The notes under the pieces: model-generated
Seen by the model: only the letters and a program-made list of their open reading frames with translations
Databases searched by the model: none
Told to the model about the DNA's origin: nothing
DNA from: Basidiobolus meristosporus CBS 931.73
Lineage: Eukaryota > Fungi > Basidiobolomycota
DNA length: 64,000 nt
Direction: 5' to 3'
Assembly (NCBI GenBank): GCA_002104905.1
Contig: MCFE01000423.1
Span: forward strand, 13,700-77,699
Translations under genes and position numbers: made by a program
In this document: in pieces, positions 11,921-23,075 of the stretch
Numbering within the stretch: the stretch's first letter is position 1
Layout of the letters: the number at the start of each line of letters is the position of its first letter

Positions 11921-13060
11921 ATGTCGGATCCGTTCGAGTTCTCGCCAAATGATTTTAGTATGGCCCAAGTGTCTATGATGAGCCTTCATACAGATATTTG
12001 GGCACTACTGATTAATCTAGCAGAACTAGATACCTCAGAGAGTCAACAAAGATGGAAGAATTTGAGTAGAAAGCTGTGGCATGAGTTCTACATCAAGATG
12101 CCAGCCAATGTATGTAAAAAGATATATAACCAGACAAGTATTGAAATCAAGAATGAGCTGAGAGTGAGGGGATTTGACAAAGAAGCCGCGCGGGAACAAT
12201 TTTGCGCGCAATTTGCACAGTACGGGCCGGACGCGTCCGTTCGTGCCTCAACTTTGGGAACCAAAGAGATTTTGAATGAGTTTTTGCCTCAAATGACTAA
12301 TGTACTACGTGATATATTAGTAGAGCTAAGTGGCTTCCAAGAGCAATATACACAGGACTCATCCAGGCAACAGCTCCAAAGTATCAGACAGAGGGTAAGT
12401 GAATACCTTGAGGAATCAGATGGTGAGCTTCAGGAGGAAGAATACAGACCGCAGGCAACATCGTCCAGATCGCGCCAGCACGCCTTGCTGGATTCCCTAC
12501 CATCTCTTGCAACCACAGCGCGCCGGCGCACGTCAGTCCAGACCACGCCAACACCCTTTACCAGAATGCCCCGCGTCGAGTCAACGCGCGCGCTTCAGAG
12601 CAAAACTACGAGAACTCGCCAAACTGCTCATTTAGACACGAGTCCATTGGAGCGGACCGAGTCGCGTCAACATGCGGCATCCCATTGAACTCAGCCAAGG
12701 GCCATCTCAACGCGTCAAGGCACGCCTGTGCGTGCCGTTTCGCCCAACCATCAGCGAGTTACTTCTGGTGAACTGAGTGATGATGACCAACATGAAGTGC
12801 CTCAACCACCAGAGCCCTTGGCAAGTAAAAGAACGCGTCAGCGCGTGGCACTACAGGCCGGTTCAGTTAGTTCAGTCGGAGCGATTCAGCGCGGCCAAGC
12901 TGCAGCATTGCAGTCATCAACTAGGAGGCAAAATACTGACTACGAATACACAAGTAGCCAAGATGATAGTCAGCCTGGAAGTAGTATAGGTGTGCAAAGT
13001 GAGTCACTACCAAATGCTTCAGTAGTAATCCCTGTGAGAAAAAAACCCAGGAGAAGATGA
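11921..13060 (+). pseudogene. Partner ORF2 of copy 1 (putative Myb/SANT-trihelix domain plus disordered tail); TGA at 12686-12688
   Basis: In-frame ORFs 11828..12688 and 12728..13060. Helical W-x-x-L-S-x-K-L...CKKIY region; ends in PVRKKPRRR. Confidence 0.75.
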
Positions 13061-13855
13061 TGCGATCGCTTTGAATCGCTCACATTTGTAATGATCCCGA
13101 CAACCCTTTTTTTTTGCGATCTGAATCAAGCCATCGCAAATCAGTGATCATCAAATTTTTGACATAAGTAATATCAAGGTCGTCTCACATTTGAGACAGA
13201 ACCCCTATAAATAAACACCCTGCATATATATACGTCATCTGTAATACCAGTGCAGCAATTGGATCTGTTCCGCACCTACACAATTGCTTGCGTGCTAGCT
13301 ATGACACCTAGCCCAATCACTAGGATCAGGGATTTACTTGCTCAATGGGCAAAATGGGATATTTGTTGGCGAATCAGGTAGCTTTTTTAGTAGTCAATGA
13401 GCCAATTGGGGGATGCCAGCTTCAGGATACTTTTGGACCAATTAACCACTGAGATACCGTCCGATTGGAGTGAGGGTAACCAAAATGGTAAGTATCAGTA
13501 TAGTTTATAGTGTGATACACATATATTTCCATTTACATTAAAGAAACATATCCAAATACCGGATTTTACCTGCCATTATAGCGGTATCCAATTGCGCACG
13601 TGATGCAAACATTACAAGTTGGCGCGATCATCTGTGCCAACCTCATTGTGTCAGATTGTGCCATAGTGTGCGAGATCGTCCCGCATAGTGCAAAATCGTC
13701 CAAGAGTGATCCTGTCTTCTGGTAGCCATAATATCGCGCCCGATCGTTCTTTGCAACCGCGGATCGTGCCGCGCACCCTGGCACGGTACGATGGAACAAG
13801 TCTAATATATAATGAGACAACACCTGTAGAAAAAATGCTCAGGATACTTTATAAG

Positions 13856-14970
13856 CCCCATAAAAATATCTTGGTCCTGCAGGTGGATCCAGTACAGATC
13901 AGCCATCAAGATCCATCATTAGGACATCCTAATGCATGCAGCTGGAATTATTGACCCTCTTTACAATTTTATGACAGGATTGTGTCAGTGTTTTGCTGAT
14001 TTTACTAATAAATAGATAAATAAACTTGGTAATGTTTTGGCGGCCCTTTGACTGGAATCTAATGGTATTCTAAAGTTCTTATTGTGGCTAACACTTACTT
14101 GAACAGACCCAACCAGCCAGTACATCCAATTATTGTATAGAGAAAAAACTTGACAGTATTTTGATAGCCTTGATGCAGATATATGTTGGCATCTTAACAG
14201 CAATATGGCAGCCTACAGCTAGTCCTGTATGATGCCACTCTACCAATTTACCAAATGGTACTTCCTATAGCTACCTCCCTATACACCATTCATATATTCC
14301 ATTATAGAATCACCCCAATAAATGTGCTAACCAACCACTACTGTGGATAATCCACACATTGCTTAAATAAAAAAACTGTGTCTGCTGCTTGATAGCCTCA
14401 AAATAGATACCCACCTGCTGCAATTGACAGACCACAATCACCTCAGCAGTACAGCTTTTCAGTGTGATACTTGCAATGTTGCTTTATACCTTGTCTTGCT
14501 GGTAACTTATACATCCTGCAAACATATGATTGGTTGCAATCACCTTTGCCATGATTACCTCATCAATATCTGCAAAATACTTTTTGGAGTCTAGCCAATA
14601 TATTCCATCTCCCTGCTAAGTTCTGCTTCCCCTAATAGGTATGCTCTAGCTCTTGTATGGATTAGTTTGGTACTGAATGGTGTGCAATTTGTCTTGCACC
14701 CAAGGGAAACATGGCTTACTTTAGTGAAATTGTCCAAATATGAATCAGTTGCTTGTTGCATCCAACCCATCTTTGCATTCCACAACTGATTACCAATGCA
14801 TTGAGGCTGCTTAGCTTCTTAATGCTGTACAAGTCCTTGAGATTTTGGAAGTGATTGGGAGAACAAGTAGATTATGTGGTGTTCACTCAATGATTTATCA
14901 AATGCAAAATTAAGATATATATTTTTCATGATGTTGGCACAACATGCACATAGAATATAGACTTGTTATA
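13856..14970 (-). mobile_element. CACTA/EnSpm-like transposon relic (one end plus transposase C-terminal remnants)
   Basis: End sequence homologous to those at 18712 and 29808 (CCC-AT...GGTGGATCC...). Degenerate RLSKYCQVFS...W segment. Right boundary approximate. Confidence 0.55.
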
Positions 14971-14974
14971 TTGT

Positions 14975-17500
14975 ACCATGACATGGTGTGCAGCATGACT
15001 GGCAGTTGTTCAAAAGAATTTAGGGCAATGCTGAAGCTACCCGTAGGCAGGATTGCTCTTGGATGAATTTACACTATATGGGACAATCTTGCACACTATG
15101 GCACTATCTGACACAATGAGATTGGCACATAAAAGTGTGCCAAGTTGTGACGCTTGCATAACATGCACCACTGGAAACCACTATTATGGTAGGTACAATC
15201 TGGTATTTGGATATTTCTCTCTAATGTATAAGGAAGTAAATGCATACCACACAGAGAACTCTACTTATACTTGCCATTTTGGTTACCATCCTTCCAATTG
15301 GACAGTATACCAGTGGTTGCTTGGTCCAAGAGTACTCAAAAGCTCTAAACCCCAACTTACTCATTGACAAATGCATAAGTTATCTCATTTGCCATCAGAT
15401 ATCCCACTTTACCTATTGAGCAAGTTAATCCCTGCCTTTAGTAATTGGACTGTTGTAGGAGTCTATGAGACACTGGATTCAATTGGGAGGTCAAGTAAAT
15501 TGTGCGGTTTCACTTATTGATTTACTGAATGTAAAAGTAGCATCTATACTTTACATGGTCTTGGCATAAAAAGCATGTAGAATAGGTTAAGGAAGGTCAT
15601 AAGAACATGTGGGCAAAGTTTGGTGCTGTTTGGACAACTTTGAGAACTTTCATGTTCTGGATACCTGATATTATGGTGAAAATATGTAAAGTAAATCCCA
15701 ACAAGGAATGTGGTCAGTATTCTCTAGGATTTGAAGGTAGTGATATAAGTGACTAAGTTAGGTGAGTATTTAGGTGGAATTACAAACTTTTGCAACATGG
15801 ACAAGGTGTCATAGCTAGCACACAGCCAATTGGGTAGCTACAACACAGATAAAATAGCTGCACTGTGATAGGACTGGTGATGCAGAAGATGTATAGATAT
15901 GCAGGGTTTTTATTTATAGGAGTTCTGTCTCTGATGTGCAACAACATTGATATTACTAATATCATGAGTTTAGTCAACATTAGTTAGCAATAGTTTTATT
16001 TGGATCACCACAAAAATGCATTTTTGGATCATGAAATATTGCAGCAGCTCAACACAATTACATTATCTTCTAGTTTTTTTCTCACAGGGACTACTACTGA
16101 AGTATCTGGTAGTGATTCATTTTGTGTACCTAAACTACTATCTTATTGACTATCAATTTGGCCACTGGTGTGCTTGTAGTCAGTTTCTTGCCTTATGGTT
16201 GATAAATGCAGTCCTGTAGCTTGTCCATGCTGAATTGCTCCATATAATGCTACAGAACCAGCTTGAGTTGCCACACACTTACATATTAGACTTGTTCCAT
16301 TGGACAGTGCCAAATAATGTCATAGTGTGCCAGAGTGTCCAAGTAGGCATATACTTGGCCACAGAGTGTGAAACATTGTTCTTCATGCAAAGCAGCACTG
16401 GTGCTTCACTCACTGAGCTAGAGAAAATCCATTTTTTGACCTTTTTTTGGGATCAATATAGTTCATGATGTGCCAAAACATAGAAAGATTGAAAATATGC
16501 ATCTGATACCCAAAACCCATGGCACTCTGAATCTAGCTCCAGAAATCTGTAACATGTCTCAAAAGAGCATGACACTGTCTGGGGCCACTGGTATTATATG
16601 GCACTATATTTAAGATTAGCACTAAAGTAAGACCATTACAAAGCACTAGTAGTGCTAGATAGTATCAGTAGACCAATATAGTGCCATGCATTCTTGTGAC
16701 ATGTACAGACCTCTGGAGCTAGATTCAGAGTGCCATTGGTATTGAGTATCAAATGCTTATCTTCAGTCCCTCTGTGTTTGTGCACATCATGCACAATATT
16801 GATCCCAAAAAAATGGTCAAACAATGAATTTTCTCCAGTACAGTGGGTGGAACACAGGAGCTGCATTGTATGAATACCTAGAACTATTTTTCACACTCTG
16901 TGACCAAGCACAGTTCTACTTTGCCTCTCTGGCAAGCTATGGCACTATTTGGCAGTCATTGCTCAACTTGGCACTATCATATGGAATAAGTCTATTGCTT
17001 TACTTGCCAAAGGCTCCTACTGTGGAGGTACTTCCAGTGGATTGTCATCAACCAGTTAGCCAGAAGTAACTTGCTGATGGTTGGGTGTAGCACCCCATGC
17101 AGGCACAAGCCAATGTGTTGGCATTGCCCTTAGCAGAGTGCAATGTGATGCTAGATGTTTGTGTAACTTAGCCTGCACCAGCAGACCTGTGTTGGCAAGT
17201 TCTGGTTGTATTTCTATTAGCCACTCATTAACTTGGTGTGTGGTGCTCCTGTGGAGGATGCTTGCATAGATTGAACTAACATGTGCCAGTATGCTGGTGT
17301 TGTAAGACTTTATAAGAGATACAGCAAGGTATGCTGATGCAGTCCTGATTCTGATGCCCATGGTCTGGATTCTACCTCTTCAAGCTCACCTTCTGATTCT
17401 TTGAAGTGCTTACTTGCCCTCTATCTAATACTTTGGAACTGTTGCCTTGATAGCTCATTTCTGTACAATCACTTACCAATATTGATATTACTTACTCATC
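14975..17500 (-). mobile_element. Old, CpG-eroded Pangu-like copy in opposite orientation (right end and ORF2), interrupted by a MITE
   Basis: Reverse-complement similarity to 13250-13780 (at 14975-15480), to the ORF2 end (gtccctgtgagaaaaaaa near 16080) and to the ORF2 middle (cccaaccatcagcaagttacttctgg near 17065-17090). Confidence 0.7.
16288..16993. mobile_element. Foldback MITE of the Pangu-like family (706 bp)
   Basis: AGACTTGTTCC / GGAATAAGTCT ends, ATT/ATT duplication, long imperfect inverted arms. Confidence 0.85.
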
Positions 17501-17559
17501 TGAAAGGCCTTTTCTCACCAGTCCCAACAGTGCCACTGGATTTTCTTTTGACACATTAG

Positions 17560-18090
17560 AGGAGATCCATACCAAATATGGTGGGCCATCTACGCAATCT
17601 ACTCAAGGAGGACCCTTGTTGTGCTTCTCTGTTACTACAAGAACTACTGCCCTACAAGGTCTCATCCCACCACCACTGATTTGTTAGTCTTGCAAACTAA
17701 ATGAGAGTTATCTTGATCAGCAAACCCATCAGGCTGGCTCATATACACGTCCTCATCTAGTTGCCATTCAGAAGTTCAGTTTTTGTATCTATTTGTATAT
17801 AGAGAGCTTATATTTGGGTTCAATAGCTGATATTAGTTTGATAGTATTAAACCTAGCTACCAGTACAAAGGTTTCAGTATAGTCCAGCTTCTTTGTTAGA
17901 AAGTATCCAATGGACACAGGCCTTGCTTTAGGCCCTTTAATTGTTTCACCAGCCTTGTGTGTTGACTTGAGGACCTCTTTACATCCAATTGTTTTTTGGT
18001 TGGTTGGTATTTGACCAAGTCCTAAGCTTGATTATTCATTAGGGCCTGATACTCCTCAGTCATTGCCGGTTGCCACACTTTGCTGAGAGT
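17560..18090 (-). pseudogene. Copia reverse transcriptase remnant
   Basis: Reverse strand reads degenerate AM.EE..AL..N...LV...KK.IGCK...KAR.V..GY.....LDYTETF..VA. Confidence 0.6.
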
Positions 18091-18711
18091 TATTTAGCAC
18101 CTCTTTTACAGTCTGGAGTGTTGCAAAATTTCTAACACCACCTAAATATTCATCCTAGTCACTAGATTACTACCTACAAATCTTAAAGAATACCAACCAA
18201 ATCCTTTGCCAGGATTTACTAACAATATATTCACCAAAATATTATTTACCTAGATGGTGAAAATTCTCAAAGTTATCCAAACAGCCCCAAAGTTTACAAA
18301 CATGATCTTTGGCCTGTCATGAGTCTATTATACATATTTGTAATGCAAGACCATCAAAAGTACAAGTAATTCTTTTACATTCAATAATCATTGAGTGAAA
18401 GCCACAAACCCTACTTGTAAGCCAACTCACTTCTAATATCTCCAAGACTCTTACTACAGGTCATGGGCTCCAGCTGTCACTTGTTGCAATGGCTACTACT
18501 GCCATCACTAAAATTTTTCCCTCTGCCAAAAAGTTGGTGAGATCTAACTACTAAGGGTGGGAGGTGAAGATGAAGATGCCGCAATAGGAAAGAGGCCTTT
18601 AGGCTATTCTCATGGGAGATGAATGCCGTCTTACAAGTGTAGAGGAGGAAGAATGCCCTCTTAAAAGCTTATAAGAGGAAGCCTTGGAGTACTAGAAGAT
18701 AGAACAGAGTA

Positions 18712-20857
18712 CCCTATGGGAAAAAATTTGGTCCCACTGGTGGATTCAACCCAGATCAGCCATGAGGATACTGCCAAGAAACCATCAAAATGCCAGCAGC
18801 TTGGAATTAGTGGCCCTCTACACATTCTTATGATGGGATTACAATGTCATTTTGCTGATTTTATTTGCTAAATAAAGTTAATAACTTGGTGGGGTTTTGG
18901 CAGCCTTTTGACAGGAGTTGCATGGCATTGTAATGGTCTTGATGAGCACTGCATCTATTTGAGTGGATCTGACTGGCCAGTACATCTAGTTGGCTACATG
19001 TCAAGAAGATAGGGGGTGCTTAGCTACTTAGTGCCATAAACATAGGTGTCTCCATGTGCATATCTGTCCCCAGTATCTTCCAACTCTTCCTGGCTGTCCT
19101 CAATGTGCCAACTTATTGCATCCATGACGGACTTGAAGGCAATATTCTTGATAGGATTGGAATATGGTAGTACCTGCAATTTGACTTGTCTTCCTATTTC
19201 CCTACATATCTGCTCTATAGGAAACCCCCAAAAGGTGAAGCAAGGCTCAATATTCTCCACACATCATGCAAGATGGTGTAGAGAATGAATACAGTAGCAG
19301 CGGAGATTCAGGAGTCCAGCTTTACATTTGTAGTATAGCTGCTTATATCCTGTCACAAACTCATTGTACAAAAGCTGTGATTGCATCATGTTGGCATTGG
19401 TGATCTGCTTCTGAGTAAATATCCCTAAGAAAAAAAATAAAGAAAAGGCCAGTAAAATACCGTCATAATATCAGCTGAGTTCCAAGTATTTTAATAGTGA
19501 CAACTCTCAATATCTTGGTTGTTAGCTCATGAGCAGGCAAGCAAACAAACTCTCCAGGAGGAGACTAGGCCAACTACTATTCATATCAAATTTGGTAATT
19601 AGCTGCCATTACTTCCAACTAAAATTGCATTTGAAATTTTGAGCCAAAAACACCAGCTGAATACCAGCAAAGTATCATTACAATATCAGCAGAATACCAG
19701 CTGGAAATTAGATGAATTCCAAGTTTGAGTTTTTTCATAGGGTATTCCCACAATGTTCTCATATGACTCTCAAGGCTTCCAATGTGCTCATGGTAGAAAT
19801 GGCATCAAAAGTCCACTTATATAAATACCTTTCCAGTTAATCCAGTCCTTGCACTTGTATTGTCACATTTGCCTATAAATATTGATTAGAGCCTGTGAGA
19901 AGTACTTAGGGTAGCAGATACTCTGTAAAATCTTGCCAATTCTTCAAATATCTCCAGTATCTTGAAGGCCTCATTTAGATTGATATACCCTATGTACAAC
20001 TTGGTCATTTGTATAGGGATATTGTTGAAAAGCAAATGCATTCCTCTAGGTGGCAAGCTTTTACTCCAGCAGATACCCTGTATCTTGAGTATCTCTGGTT
20101 TCCAACTATCTCCATGGTCTGGCCAATGGCTTATAGCTTGCCAACTTTGCCACAATTGCATGCTTACTGCTGTACAACTTCTCTGTGGGAAGATGATGCT
20201 CTTAGTGTTGCTGTTTGGATAATAATAATGTGTGTGAGTTATAGAGTACATTCCCTGGATCTCACACATTTGACAACAATGCTGTCCACTGTGTCCATAA
20301 ACGCTGTCTATCCTGCCAATGGCTGGGGTATTGGCAATGCAGATGGTGATATGCGCTTTGATATGATGTCCATTGACCAGTAGGCCAATTGAAACCATAC
20401 AAAGTTTATCCAGCAAAGGATACAGGTAGTTATCCATGTTGGATAGTGATTTAGGCCCAGATACCAGTGAGACTACCTTCAGATATCTGCTTTTATGGCA
20501 TTAGATAGCAACAGATACAGGTTGATGAGAATCAGTGGCCAGCAGAATTTGCTGGTAGAGTGCTTGTTTGATGAGAATCCATCAAGTGCCAAGGCAAAGG
20601 TATGGTCATACATACCTTCAAAGTGGCACTTGCTTCTAAGTTGTTAGTAAATTTTCCATCAAATATATTGGAGATACTTGCACTTAATTGATACTGAGCG
20701 CAGTATATTATAGCTTCACATTATTTGTTGAACTGCATAAGCTTCTTTAGACAGGGCATTACCTGATTAGATCCAGAGTGTGAACAATGTTTTCTCCCAG
20801 TTGTTGTGGATTACTGACAAGTTGGTCACCTTGCAATGGTGGCATTTTCTGATTTTC
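18712..20857 (-). mobile_element. CACTA/EnSpm-like transposon relic with Tnp2 (Transposase_21)-type remnants
   Basis: End CCCTATGGGAAAAAA. Remnants YLYPLLDKL...NTPAIGRIDSVYGHSGQHCCQMCEIQG and WGFPIEQICREIGRQVKLQVLPYSN match CACTA core and DUF4218-like motifs. Confidence 0.75.
19423..19742. mobile_element. ~320-bp MITE with CCC...GGG termini inserted in the CACTA transposase relic
   Basis: Ends CCCTAAGAAAAAA / TTTTTTCATAGGG and internal AATACCAGC-like repeats. Absent from the homologous CACTA segment near 31100. Confidence 0.6.
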
Positions 20858-23075
20858 ATTCATGTTCTGTTAGATAGTGCCACATAGTGCCCAATCAATC
20901 TAGCATTATAACTTCTACCATAATGCCAGTGGTAGGATATAGTTACTGTTAATTTTATTTAATCTTACTTAAGTTGCTCAGGATAGTGTATTCCTTGCTT
21001 TACTTCATCTGTGTAACACTCCAGACACATTTTGTTCAGTGAATGTCTTCTTGTATGTATACACTTTGCATTGGTAAGTATCCTTATTATTTTACCTGTT
21101 CTACTGTTTTCTCCTATATATGACATTCCTCTGTATTTACCAGCCAATACACTGAATCTCTTCAAGTATCCAAATGCATGCTCTACCCTCACTCTGAAAT
21201 GATAAACTATCTCATTGTAGAGCTTCTGCATCCTGCTAAGCACACAATTCCTTAGCTTCCTATAGGCTCTAATACATCCTAATCTCTGACAATCATCTCC
21301 TATATGAGCTAAGTCTTCTACACATCTCTCCCCTCTACTGAATTCTGGATGATTTTCTACCCAGAGTGCTGTCATGCCTACTTCCAGCAAATGTCCCACT
21401 AAACCAGATGATGTTACCCTCAATGTCAGACAGTGCTAGATATTTCACACAGTGTGCCTTGTACTTGCCAGAATAAAAGTGCCTCTGCCCTCTAAAAGGT
21501 CTGTTAATCCAGACTGGGAAGGTATCCAAAATACTCTTTATATGGAACCTGTTGTTGAACACTCTGTGATATGGGAGTGCATTTGAGCTTCTGAACCTAG
21601 TATTCCAAGCTTGCTCTAAGTTATTCATACCCTCTGCAAGGTGGCTCTCCATTGCTGTCAGCTAGGAATGAAAGCTTCTATTTCTTTTATTGCCATGGAT
21701 AGGGGATGAAACCTTGTGGGGCAATAGTTCTTGTAATAGCAGAGAAGCTTAACAAGGGAACTACTTGAGTAATTGGGGTAGAAGTTCTGCAGTACATGGT
21801 ATAGATCTCCTCTAATGTGTCAAATGATAATCCAGTGGTAATGATGAGATTAATGAGAAAAGACCTTTCTGGTGACTAAGTCATATTAAAATTGGTAGGT
21901 GATGGGTCTGAGGCGTATTGATTCAATTTGGTGCAATCTACTTTATATATCTGATATCCATGCATTACAATTAAATCTCCATCAATTGCCATGTATGCCA
22001 TCATTAAGTTGCAAAAATCATCCTGAAACAATGACTTAGTACTTTTGTTGATGCATTACTCACAAGTTTATATTCAAATAGGAAATCTGCAATTGGTGGG
22101 ATCCAATCCATGTCATTGCAATCCAATATGCATCATGCCTAATATATGGAAAACTCTACAAGCACATTGGTTTTCATATATATTTCATGTAAACCAGGTT
22201 GATACCAATACACTATGGTATAAGTATCCAAATCCATCACTATGGTCCCTATACCAAGTCTCAACTCATCTTTAGTACAACCAAGACAAAACCCATCACT
22301 CAGCTCACAAGCATGGTCCAGACCAGTAAAGTCAATGTTAGATCAATTTGAGCTCTTACCAAATGATTTACATATGGCTCAAGTGTCTATGATGAGCCTT
22401 CTTACAGATATTTGGGCATTACTCATTAATCTAGCAGAGCTAGATACCTCAGAAAGTCAACAGATATGGATGAACCTGAGTAGAAAGCTGTGGCATGAGT
22501 TCTACATCAAGATGCCAGTGGATGCCTGTAAGAAGATATATAACAAGACACATATTGAAATCAAGAATGAGCTGAGAGTGAGGGGATCTGATGAGGAAGC
22601 CAAGCAGGAATCATTTTGCACGCAATTTGCACAGTATGGGCTGGTCACATCTGTTTGTGCCTCAACTTTAGGAATCAAAGAGGTTTTGAATGAGTTTTGG
22701 CCTCAAATGGCTAATGTATTACAAGATTTATTAATAGAGTTAAGTGGCTTCCAAGAGCAATATACACAGGACTGATCCAGGCAACAGTTCCAAAGTATCA
22801 GACAGTGGGCAAGTGAATACCTTAAGGAATCATAAGGTGAGCTTAAAGAGGAGGAATACAGACCGCAAGCAACAGCATCTAGATTATGCCAGCACTCTTT
22901 GCTGGATTCCTTACCATCCCTTGCAACTTCAGCATGCCGGTGCATGTCAGTCTAAACTACACCAAAACCCTTCACAAGAATGTCCACATTGATTCAATGT
23001 GTGTTGGGTCAATGCATGTGCTTCAGAGCAAAATCACCAGAACTTGCTACACGCTCATTTAGACACAAGTCCATC
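20858..23075. mobile_element. Degenerate Pangu-like copy (frameshifted transposase on minus strand, truncated ORF2 on plus strand)
   Basis: ORFs 20965..21423, 21335..21652 and 22242..22775 are diverged versions of the copy 1/2 proteins. CpGs are largely converted. Confidence 0.85.

Larger units (their letters stand above)
10401..13803. mobile_element. PHIS-superfamily (Pangu-like) two-gene DNA transposon, full-length copy 1 (3403 bp)
   Basis: TIRs AGACTTGTTCC...GGAACAAGTCT, flanked by AAT/AAT duplication. Contains divergent transposase and ORF2. Confidence 0.9.

Noticed and set aside
13566-13823. 85-aa ORF at the transposon's right end (also 34632..34895)
   Set aside because: It starts in flanking DNA outside the TIR, the starts differ between copies, and similarity reflects copy identity only.
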